A stretch of DNA of 34,502 nucleotides, from NCBI GenBank assembly GCA_014728985.1, contig WJKS01000015.1:1-34502 (forward strand), written 5' to 3'. The notes under the pieces were generated by a model, which saw nothing but the letters and a program-made list of their open reading frames with translations, ran no database searches and was not told the origin of the DNA. Shown here piece by piece: positions 17,338-24,984 of this stretch; position 1 is the stretch's first letter, and every line of letters starts with the position of its first letter. The position numbers and the translations under genes were made by a program. Source of the stretch: Candidatus Aenigmatarchaeota archaeon (lineage in GTDB: Archaea; Aenigmatarchaeota; Aenigmatarchaeia; CG10238-14).

Positions 17338-18127
17338 TTTTTCTAATGTCCTCTTCACCGTCCAAATGTAGATATTTTTTACTGCTGAGATGACCCGAAA
17401 TAAGTCCTCTTTCTACCAACTGTGAAAAAACGTCTTTTTCCAAACTTGATCCCCCATATTCAAGTATTTCTGGATCACTAACAAATACACCTGAGAAAAA
17501 TACATAAGATTCAGGTTCTTTCGGTTTTTCTACAAACTCAACTATTCTACCGCCCTCCATTTTAACTGTCCCGACCTCTTCTCTGGCTATCGTTGAACTG
17601 GAAATTAATAAAGTTGTGATCGATTTTTGTCTTACATGTTCTCTCCAAAGAGCCTTGAGGTTTATCTCATTAAATATGATGTCACAGTAAACCACCAGAA
17701 AAGTTTTTTTCACCTTACCTTTTAGTAATCTCAGAGATTCAGCTGAACCACTGGTTTTCTTTTCTTCTATAAACTCAACGTTAACGCCATAACTTTCACC
17801 GTTACCAATAACCTTGAATATCTTAGTTAGAACATTTCTTCTCGCTATTATGTAAATATCCTTGAATCCATTCTCTCTTAATTTTTTAATACCGGATTCT
17901 ATTACAGTTGTATCTCCTATTTTAAGGGTAGGTTTGTATTGATCGCCTATCTTGATATTTTTTTCATTCCCCCCCGCAAGTATAACTGCGACCTTATTTT
18001 CACCTAGGGACTTGTTTACCAGGAATTCAATTGCCTGAGATCTGTTCCTTATTGATATACCATTAACCATTGAGTCAACTTCTTTGATAGTTTTTTCATT
18101 CATAGTTATAGAGATCTTCCGTTTCAT
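17312..18127 (-). CDS. Ribbon-helix-helix (CopG/NikR-like) domain fused to a sugar-phosphate nucleotidyltransferase-like domain
   Basis: MKRKISITM...EVD...NRSQAIEFL then AVILAGG, GSAESL, FLVVYCD, FVEKP. Confidence 0.85.
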   Translation of the reverse strand: MKRKISITMNEKTIKEVDSMVNGISIRNRSQAIEFLVNKSLGENKVAVILAGGNEKNIKIGDQYKPTLKIGDTTVIESGIKKLRENGFKDIYIIARRNVLTKIFKVIGNGESYGVNVEFIEEKKTSGSAESLRLLKGKVKKTFLVVYCDIIFNEINLKALWREHVRQKSITTLLISSSTIAREEVGTVKMEGGRIVEFVEKPKEPESYVFFSGVFVSDPEILEYGGSSLEKDVFSQLVERGLISGHLSSKKYLHLDGEEDIRKIKTYLGKQ

Positions 18128-18227
18128 AACCCAAATAATACTATTTCAGATACTTAAATTCATACCTATTGTCGGATAAAGTAGGATGAAGGTAGTATAT
18201 TTATACCCACAATCCAATAATATTATT

Positions 18228-18332
18228 AACCAAAAGCAAAGCGGAGATAAACCCCACAGAGGAAATCTGATTAATTTGCGTCTCCCAGCTTTCGCTAAAA
18301 GTTTGGTTTTCAACCCCTTTCTTTTTTCTTTT
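18228..18332 (+). ncRNA. Candidate ~80-100 nt structured small RNA
   Basis: TTTATA box 18200-18205, nested stems AACCAAA/TTTGGTT, AAAGC/GCTTT, GGAGAT/GTCTCC, CAGA/TCTG, then an oligo-T tract; no ATG ORF. Confidence 0.45.
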
Positions 18333-18428
18333 AATTGATATAGAATTATCTATATTGAAACATCCTTTATTTAGAAAAATTCTTTCACGCTTCATCCATT
18401 AAGTCAGCATGTTTTAAAAAAACAAAAA

Positions 18429-18776
18429 CTAAAATTCCATTAATACATCTACTATTCTTTCGACCTTTTCCTTTTCGTCTTTACTTTTTGCCTTAAGTAG
18501 ATCTCCGAGTCTTTCTCTTAGATTCTCTCTCTTTGCAACTTCTCCTAATTCTGCAAGTCCCTTCAAAGCAACCTCAGTTTTCTCGACTCTTTCTGAAAGT
18601 TCTTTCATTTGTCTTGAAACTTCTGTTAATGCACACCAAACCTGAGCAACTTTAACATCGTCAGCTTGCATATATGCACATTTATGTTGCTTTGCTCTTT
18701 CTATTAATTCTGCTAATTCTACTTGGGCATTTCCGCAAAGATACTCTTTCCAATCCTTTTCTTCTCCAAAGAGCAT
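18429..18776 (-). CDS. Conserved hypothetical coiled-coil protein (AxDVKVAQxWCAL motif)
   Basis: GGTGATGCA-ATG start at 18776; helical, charged. Confidence 0.75.
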   Translation of the reverse strand: MLFGEEKDWKEYLCGNAQVELAELIERAKQHKCAYMQADDVKVAQVWCALTEVSRQMKELSERVEKTEVALKGLAELGEVAKRENLRERLGDLLKAKSKDEKEKVERIVDVLMEF

Positions 18777-18917
18777 TGCATCACCTTGCTTTAACATGTT
18801 CGAGTTAAAACTTAAATACTTATCGATACCTGATGGTAGTAACAATTCTCTAAAATAGAAATTTCCAAAGACTTTTAATTCTATCCATCCCATATTATTA
18901 GATATTGGTTGTTAAAA

Positions 18918-19628
18918 ATGAAAGAAGGAGACTTTATACGGATTGATTATATAGCGAGAATAAAAGAATCTGGTCAGATTTTTGATCTTACAGATGAAGA
19001 AGTAGCTAAAAAGGAGGAAATTTATAATCCTCAAGTAAGGTACGGGCCTATGCCTGTTATCATTGGTTCTAAGTTTCTTATAAAGGGTCTAGAAGACGCT
19101 TTAAAGGATATGAAAGTCGGAGAAAAAAAGCATCTGATTGTTCAGCCTGAAGACGCCTTTGGTCAAAGGAGTGAAAAGATGATCAAATTAATACCAGAGT
19201 CGGAATTCTCAAAACAGAATATGGCCCCCTATCAGGGTATGCCGGTCAGAATAAAAAATCTACAAGGGAGAGTTCTTTCTGTATCTGGAGGAAGAGTTAA
19301 AGTTGATTTTAATCATCCTTTGGCTGGTAAAGAGCTTGAATACGATCTTGAAGTTAAAGAAAAAATCAAGGATATATCAGAAAAAGTTAGATCAATTCTC
19401 CAATTTTTCTATCGACCTACTGGTAATGAGAAGATTAATGTAAGTAAAAATAAGTCCGAAATAAAATTGGATCCAGAAAGTGATTTACCTAAGAAATTGA
19501 AGGAAAAAATAGCAGAGACAATAGTCAAGTGGATTGACGAATTAGATAAAGTAATTTTCATTGAGGAATACTCACCAAATATGTCCGGGAAAACCCAAAT
19601 TAACAAAAATACAGAAAACAAAGAATAG
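18918..19628 (+). CDS. FKBP-type peptidyl-prolyl isomerase (long archaeal SlyD-like)
   Basis: GDFIRIDY, IKGLEDAL, PEDAFG, GRVKVDFNHPLAGKEL. Confidence 0.93.
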   Translation: MKEGDFIRIDYIARIKESGQIFDLTDEEVAKKEEIYNPQVRYGPMPVIIGSKFLIKGLEDALKDMKVGEKKHLIVQPEDAFGQRSEKMIKLIPESEFSKQNMAPYQGMPVRIKNLQGRVLSVSGGRVKVDFNHPLAGKELEYDLEVKEKIKDISEKVRSILQFFYRPTGNEKINVSKNKSEIKLDPESDLPKKLKEKIAETIVKWIDELDKVIFIEEYSPNMSGKTQINKNTENKE

Positions 19629-19633
19629 GTTAT

Positions 19634-19777
19634 ATGTCAGTTTGGAAAAACATTAAATGCCCTAACTGTGAAAAACCGAATGATAGGGAAGAATTAAAAT
19701 CAAGAAACGGCGAATGTTTCTATTGCGGATTCAGAATTGTTTCTAATCTCAACGGGTTTGTAAAACAAGCCAGTTGA
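19634..19777 (+). CDS. 47-aa zinc-ribbon microprotein (not in ORF track)
   Basis: MSVWKNIKCPNCEKPNDREELKSRNGECFYCGFRIVSNLNGFVKQAS; CPxC...CxxCG. Confidence 0.7.
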   Translation: MSVWKNIKCPNCEKPNDREELKSRNGECFYCGFRIVSNLNGFVKQAS

Positions 19778-19783
19778 CGAGTT

Positions 19784-19969
19784 ATGATAGGTATAATATT
19801 TGGTATATTACTTGGTTTTCTAATATATCAGGAATCTTGGATATCGGTTATAGTTTTACTTATCTTATTTTTGAATGAAGTCAGTCAGGGGGCTTTATTC
19901 ATGAGCTTTGAGGAAATGATAGGTCAGAAGACTAGGATTTTTTTGTATGCTGCAGCCTTTTTATCATAA
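19784..19969 (+). CDS. Small membrane protein
   Basis: Hydrophobic 61-aa ORF closely following the upstream gene. Confidence 0.5.
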   Translation: MIGIIFGILLGFLIYQESWISVIVLLILFLNEVSQGALFMSFEEMIGQKTRIFLYAAAFLS

Positions 19970-20058
19970 TCTACATACTTTTATAATGTCTCTTCACTAC
20001 TTGAGGATGCTCTAGATAAGTTTTAAATAGTTTTTTGATCTAAAATTCCTTGATAACT

Positions 20059-20130
20059 ATGTCAGACGATGATTGGGATTTTGAAGTTGATGATTGGGAC
20101 GAAAACCCAGAATTAGACGAGGAATGGTAA
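20059..20130 (+). CDS. 23-aa acidic, Trp-containing micropeptide
   Basis: MSDDDWDFEVDDWDENPELDEEW*, preceded by TTTTAAATA box at ~20021-20029. Confidence 0.6.
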   Translation: MSDDDWDFEVDDWDENPELDEEW

Positions 20131-20191
20131 TTTAGAACAAGTTTAAAATGTCCAAAAGCGGCTATTTATTGGAAGTGAGGTTTCTGAAAAT

Positions 20192-20422
20192 TTAACCAAA
20201 CATGGCGGAGAATCCGCTAATAACATCCTCTTCCTTTTTTTCTTGTATTTCAGGTTCGGGGTAATAATATTTCGGTTTTTCATATTTAGTCTCTGGACAT
20301 TTATGACACACCCATTTACCATATTTTTTTCGGATACATTTAGGACAACCAATAGTTTCACAATTGTTACATTCAATTAGTTCATCAGTTTTACTTTTGC
20401 AATTTGGGCAAAACAATTCCAT
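20192..20422 (-). CDS. 76-aa double zinc-finger protein (4 CxxC) with acidic C-terminal GFSAMFG tail
   Basis: MELFCPNC...CNNC...CPKC...CHKC...EEDVISGFSAMFG; TTTATAAA box upstream of ATG 20422. Confidence 0.75.
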   Translation of the reverse strand: MELFCPNCKSKTDELIECNNCETIGCPKCIRKKYGKWVCHKCPETKYEKPKYYYPEPEIQEKKEEDVISGFSAMFG

Positions 20423-20650
20423 GGTAGAAATATTGTTTTTCTTGAAATTTATAAACAATGTTCTCGGAAGCAATTAATTACGAAAAATATAAATTCCATT
20501 ATAACTAATCAATACCCTGTATCCAATGTCTTCTGACTAAAGATACTGCTTTGAATAATGGGAAAAATGAAGTCCTTGGACGGAATTAAAGTTGCTAGGG
20601 GAATTTATTATTAATCAATTTAATATTTTCTCCAGTGCTGTTGTGATACT

Positions 20651-22051
20651 ATGGTTAAGAACTTGAAAAAAGATTTGGATTATGCTGTTAAAGATGGGGT
20701 GGCCCATTCAGCTATGATGGGAATGGGCGAGAATTATCTTAGTCCTTATGCTATCGCTTTGGGAGCAAATGATGTTCAAGTAGGTTTGTTAACCTCTATA
20801 CCACAGTTACTTGGTTCCTTCTCACAGCTTTTTTCAACGAAAATCACAGAAAAGATAGGTAGCAGAAAAAAAATGGTATTGATATTTACTTTAATTCAGA
20901 CACTACTTTGGTTTCCAATAGGATTACTAATGTTTTCAAGCTATCAAGTGATCTGGAATTTGATATTACTTGTTACCGTTTATTGGATATCCGCAACTAT
21001 TGTTATCCCCGCTTGGACAAGTTGGGTTGGGGATTTAGTTCCGGTTAAATCCAAGGGAAAGTTCTTTGGTAAAAGAAGAACCTATAGTGGTATTTCTTTG
21101 TTTGTTTCACTTACTATCGCAGGCATGATTCTTTTTATTTCGTCTAAATTCCGTCCACTTTTAGGTTTTGGTATTATTTTTACTATAGCCTTTGTTTCAA
21201 AATTTATCTCCTGGAATTATCTCAGGAAGATGAAAGAGCCCGCCTTCCATGTATACGATGAGAATAAGTTTACTTTTTTTGAGTTTGTTAAGAGAATGCC
21301 AAAAACCAATTTCGGTAAATTTGTGATATTCTTTACCTTGATGACATTTTCGGTTAATATAGCTGCGCCATACTTTTCTGTCTATATGTTGAAGGATATG
21401 GGATTGAATTATTTCACTTATACCGCAATTCTAAGTGTTTCAAAAATAACAAGTTTTATTTTTATTGGTATATGGGGGAAGTATTCTGATTTTTTTGGAA
21501 ATAGAAAAATTATGGCCCTGACAGGATCAATTTTATTCCTTCTCCCAGCTTTATGGGCCTTGTCAACCAATGTTATTTATTTGATTTCTGTCCAAATTTT
21601 ATCTGGTTTTCTCTGGTCTGGTTTCAATATTTCAACTTTTAATTTTATTTTTGATGTTGTTTCTCCATCCAAAAGGGTTAGATGTGTTTCTTATTTGAAC
21701 GTGTTGAACGGTTTGGCAATATTTTTGGGAGCATCCCTGGGGAGTCTTTTAATGAGTTTTAGCACCCCTTTTTGGTCTAGTTTTATCCTAGTTTTGATAT
21801 TTTCAGCTTTGGGGAGAGTTATAGTCTCACAGATAATGTTACCTAAAATAAAAGAAGTAAAATGGGTGGACGGTAGAGGGGAGAGAAAGTTACTGATAAG
21901 TGTAATGTCAGATGTTTCTGAGGGTTTGAAATACCCGATTTCCTTTTTATCAAATAGAAGATTAATTGTAAAAAGAAGAAGTGAGAGGGTTATAGAAGAG
22001 ATAAGGAAGTTTATTGAAAAAGTACTTGGGAAGAGACATAAGTATGAATGA
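20651..22051 (+). CDS. MFS transporter
   Basis: About 12 TM segments; GKYSDFFGNRK motif A; WTSWVGDLVP...GKFFG. Confidence 0.9.
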   Translation: MVKNLKKDLDYAVKDGVAHSAMMGMGENYLSPYAIALGANDVQVGLLTSIPQLLGSFSQLFSTKITEKIGSRKKMVLIFTLIQTLLWFPIGLLMFSSYQVIWNLILLVTVYWISATIVIPAWTSWVGDLVPVKSKGKFFGKRRTYSGISLFVSLTIAGMILFISSKFRPLLGFGIIFTIAFVSKFISWNYLRKMKEPAFHVYDENKFTFFEFVKRMPKTNFGKFVIFFTLMTFSVNIAAPYFSVYMLKDMGLNYFTYTAILSVSKITSFIFIGIWGKYSDFFGNRKIMALTGSILFLLPALWALSTNVIYLISVQILSGFLWSGFNISTFNFIFDVVSPSKRVRCVSYLNVLNGLAIFLGASLGSLLMSFSTPFWSSFILVLIFSALGRVIVSQIMLPKIKEVKWVDGRGERKLLISVMSDVSEGLKYPISFLSNRRLIVKRRSERVIEEIRKFIEKVLGKRHKYE

Positions 22052-22344
22052 TTATATTCTTTTTAATCATAAGATTGCCCATATACAAAGAATTCCCTGT
22101 CTCCTATAGCCTCATTGGGCAGTAAAGTACAACCAACGTTCCTTAATTTAATTTCATCTCCTTCCCGGAGAACATTAGAAAACCGGCCTTACTGGATCTC
22201 TGACTCCGATACTCATTCCAGGAAGTATTGTATTACTAGTGACTAATTTTTGGAATTGAGTATATCCTTTGTATCTTGCTTGGAGATTTGTTATCATAAT
22301 GGAATAATTATACCTTAAGTTTAAATAGTGAGGTTTTTGGTAAA

Positions 22345-22475
22345 TGCAGGGGATCGGATTCGAACCGACGAACCCACTAAGGGAATAGGTATCCTATGGT
22401 CATAATCTTGAGCTTCGACATCATTAAATCAGCGCTCAATGATTCTATCGCGTTTGACCACTTCGCTACCCCTGC
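22345..22475 (-). tRNA. tRNA-Leu (CAA) with two introns: 31 nt at 30/31 (22414-22444) and 16 nt at 37/38 (22391-22406)
   Basis: Acceptor GCAGGGG/CCCCTGC-A, long variable arm, T-arm GTCGG-TTCGAAT-CCGAT; removing both inserts gives ATAGG-CTCAAGA-CCTAT. Confidence 0.88.
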
Positions 22476-22509
22476 TTAACTACAATAATACACAGAAACA
22501 TAGATATTT

Positions 22510-23019
22510 TTAACTGATATCATTTAATTCTAATTTGAGATTTTCGACCTGAGTTTTTAGGTCATCTACCACACTATCTAATTCAGGTTTTCCTATGGCT
22601 GATTCCAATTCTTCCCTGAAACCTTTGGGTCTGATGAATTCTGCGTCCAAACTGAGGAGCTTATTATCAATCTTTTTAACACCATCTTCAATCAATTTCC
22701 TATTTTCTTCAGCTAAAACCTCAATTTCTTTTTGGACTACCATAGCATTCTTTACCATCATTGTTGTGGCCTTAAGGTCATTAAGTAGGTTAAGAACAGA
22801 ATTATATCTGTCGATTTTCACGAATAAAGGAGCGAACCTGTCTTTCTTCTTAACTTCTTCTGGTCTTCTTTTAGGACTTTTTTTAGGTACTATTTCTTCC
22901 TCAACTTCTTTCATAGCGACAGTTTTAGGAAAAGTTTCTTCTTCACCCACAGCTTTTTTAATCTCATGTATATCCGTCTTAGGTCTCTCTTCAGGTTTTT
23001 TCTTTTTGAATAAGCCCAT
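22510..23019 (-). CDS. Hypothetical coiled-coil protein (PLFVKIDRY motif)
   Basis: GAGG SD, low-complexity N-terminus, long helical C-terminus. Confidence 0.75.
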   Translation of the reverse strand: MGLFKKKKPEERPKTDIHEIKKAVGEEETFPKTVAMKEVEEEIVPKKSPKRRPEEVKKKDRFAPLFVKIDRYNSVLNLLNDLKATTMMVKNAMVVQKEIEVLAEENRKLIEDGVKKIDNKLLSLDAEFIRPKGFREELESAIGKPELDSVVDDLKTQVENLKLELNDIS

Positions 23020-23094
23020 GGTAATCCTCAGATGATTATTTGTTATTTATGATAATAAAAGTTTGTTTTAGGAGTTTAAAAAGTTAGAAGTAAA

Positions 23095-23168
23095 TGCGCC
23101 AGACGGGATTTGAACCCATGCTGCAAGCTTGGCAAGCTCGTGTCCTAACCAGACTAGACTACTGGCGC
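23095..23168 (-). tRNA. tRNA-Gly (GCC)
   Basis: GCGCCAG...CGAGC-TTGCCAA-GCTTG...ATGGG-TTCAAAT-CCCGT-CTGGCGC-A. Confidence 0.95.
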
Positions 23169-23175
23169 TTAAATC

Positions 23176-23469
23176 TTATCCAAAAATGCCCCCGAATCCC
23201 TGCATTGCTTGATCTTCCTCTTCCTCGATTTTCTTTAATACTTTTTCTTTTGTTTCTTTATCTACTTTTTCTCCTAAATCTTTCATTAAATCTTCTGATT
23301 TTTCACAGTTTTCTTCTGTCCCTGAAATATAAACATAGTATTTATCTTCAAATCCAATTGTTTCTCCGTCTTTGAATTTTATACTAGATCTCCCTACTAG
23401 ATCATCATTAAAAAGGACATCTTTAACCTTCTGAAAGTCTGACTTTTCTATCTCATATACTAATTTCAA
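23176..23469 (-). CDS. Conserved archaeal hypothetical protein with acidic C-terminal GFGGIFG tail
   Basis: AAGGTGG SD plus TTG; DDLVGRSSI...YISG...EEEEDQAMQGFGGIFG. Confidence 0.8.
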   Translation of the reverse strand: MKLVYEIEKSDFQKVKDVLFNDDLVGRSSIKFKDGETIGFEDKYYVYISGTEENCEKSEDLMKDLGEKVDKETKEKVLKKIEEEEDQAMQGFGGIFG

Positions 23470-23571
23470 ATAACCACCTTAACCTATTTTACTAATAACA
23501 TTCTTATATTTTTGAGTTTTTTTAGAAATAGAACTAATTAAATGTAGAATTAGAGTAAAAGAAGCAGAATT

Positions 23572-23724
23572 CTAGTTTGGGTTTTGTTTAACAACAAGAC
23601 CATAGTTTTTAAGAAGTTGCATTTTGATTTTTGGATCAATAGTCCTCTCAGTAACTACGACTCTACCAGAGTTAACTGCTTTCTTCCTCATTAACGTTAT
23701 TTCACTCTTCTTTTTCTTTGCCAT
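23572..23724 (-). CDS. 50-aa basic hypothetical protein
   Basis: AGGTG SD then MAKKKKSEITLMRKK... Confidence 0.6.
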   Translation of the reverse strand: MAKKKKSEITLMRKKAVNSGRVVVTERTIDPKIKMQLLKNYGLVVKQNPN

Positions 23725-23824
23725 ATTCAAGCACCTATCAGAAAAATTTGTTAATAGGATAATACCCTTCATTATTAGTTATGATTACTTATAAATCTTT
23801 TGGTGATGTTTTATATAGTTTTGA

Positions 23825-23896
23825 AGCCCTGGATGGGACTTGAACCCACAACCTATGCTTTACGAGAGCATTGCTCTACCATTGAGCTACCAGGGC
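23825..23896 (-). tRNA. tRNA-Thr (CGU)
   Basis: GCCCTGG...ATGCT-CTCGTAA-AGCAT...GTGGG-TTCAAGT-CCCAT-CCAGGGC-T. Confidence 0.95.
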
Positions 23897-23945
23897 TTAT
23901 AGCACTATTTTATTAGTTTGTAATACTATATATATGGAAGATTAA

Positions 23946-24953
23946 ATGGAAGAAGCCTTATTATGGAATAGTGAATCTGGAAAAGCTAGATGTGAACTCT
24001 GCGCTTGGAGATGTCTAATTCCTTCGGGTAAAGCGGGTCTCTGTGGCGTTCGAGTAAATGAAAAAGGTAGACTTTATTCCAAAAATTTTGGGAAAATAAT
24101 TCAGATGGATGAACAACCTATTGAAAAAGCACCCATGTTTCATTTTTATCCTGGTTCCGAGTCTCTCTTCTTAGCATCTTTTGGTTGTAATATGAGATGT
24201 CAATTCTGTATAAATGCTGATATGAGTCAAAAGGTTGGTGCTAAAGTTAAGAAAAAAACACCTGAAGATATAATAAAATATCTCAATGAGAAAAGAATAA
24301 AATTGATTGTTTTCACTTACACAGAACCCACGGTTAATTTTGAATTTGCTTTTAAGGTTGCTAGGCTCGCTAAGAGATATAATATAAAGACTGTTTTCGT
24401 CACAAATGGCTATATGACTTCTGATGCAATCAAAAAAATCGGAAAATATTTGGACGCAGTTTCAGTCGATATAAAAGCCTCTGGGGACCCTGAATTTTAT
24501 AAAAAATATATGGGCATTGAAGACGTAGTTCCTATATTTGATGCTTTAAAAAACTTCAGAAAACATAGGGTTTTTATAGAAGTTTCAAATTTAATTGTTC
24601 CTGAAATCGGTGGTAGTAAAGAACTGAATAGAGAATTCCTGTATTGGATAATAAACAATCTTGATTCCAGTATACCTTATCATCTCAGGGGATTTATACC
24701 GTCTTATAAAATGCAGGATACCCTCCCTACATCCTTGGATAAATTAGAGGACTTTGCATCAGATGCAAGGGAAATAGGATTGAGATATATCTATATTGAT
24801 GGTCAGTTAGGTTTTGGGAGAAATAATAATACTTATTGTTACAACTGTGGTGAACTTGTAGTTGAAAGAACTGCTTCTACCGTTAAGAAATTGAACTTAA
24901 TTGGGGACAGATGTCCTAAATGTGGTTTCAAGATAGATGTAGTTATAGAATAA
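23946..24953 (+). CDS. amrS: AmmeMemoRadiSam-type radical SAM enzyme (PFL-activase-like)
   Basis: CELCAWRC, GLCGVRVN, PIEKAPMFHFYPG, GCNMRCQFCIN, FTYTEP, VTNGY, C-terminal CxxC...CPKCG. Confidence 0.88.
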   Translation: MEEALLWNSESGKARCELCAWRCLIPSGKAGLCGVRVNEKGRLYSKNFGKIIQMDEQPIEKAPMFHFYPGSESLFLASFGCNMRCQFCINADMSQKVGAKVKKKTPEDIIKYLNEKRIKLIVFTYTEPTVNFEFAFKVARLAKRYNIKTVFVTNGYMTSDAIKKIGKYLDAVSVDIKASGDPEFYKKYMGIEDVVPIFDALKNFRKHRVFIEVSNLIVPEIGGSKELNREFLYWIINNLDSSIPYHLRGFIPSYKMQDTLPTSLDKLEDFASDAREIGLRYIYIDGQLGFGRNNNTYCYNCGELVVERTASTVKKLNLIGDRCPKCGFKIDVVIE

Positions 24954-24984
24954 TTATATTAGAATAAATCCTAAATTATTGATT

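Noticed and set aside
18245..18312. Minus-strand resemblance to the c-di-GMP-I (GEMM) riboswitch: CAAAC-TTTTAGC-GAAA-GCTGGGA-GACGCAAA
   Set aside because: The GC before AAA and the second stem with tetraloop receptor are missing, and the downstream gene has its own TATA box after it. An Rfam scan would settle it.
18201..18395. 64-aa minus-strand ORF
   Set aside because: No SD or family features; overlaps the oligo-T tract and the structured RNA candidate.
23094..23375. 93-aa plus-strand ORF
   Set aside because: Antisense shadow of tRNA-Gly and the 97-aa gene.
4..23896. Two similar tRNA-Thr genes as attL/attR of a 24-kb integrated element
   Set aside because: Both are full-length with different anticodons and compensatory stem changes, and the DNA between them is mostly housekeeping.
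23946..24953. Complete AmmeMemoRadiSam system
   Set aside because: AMMECR1-like and Memo-like partners are not in the window; only the radical SAM gene is present.
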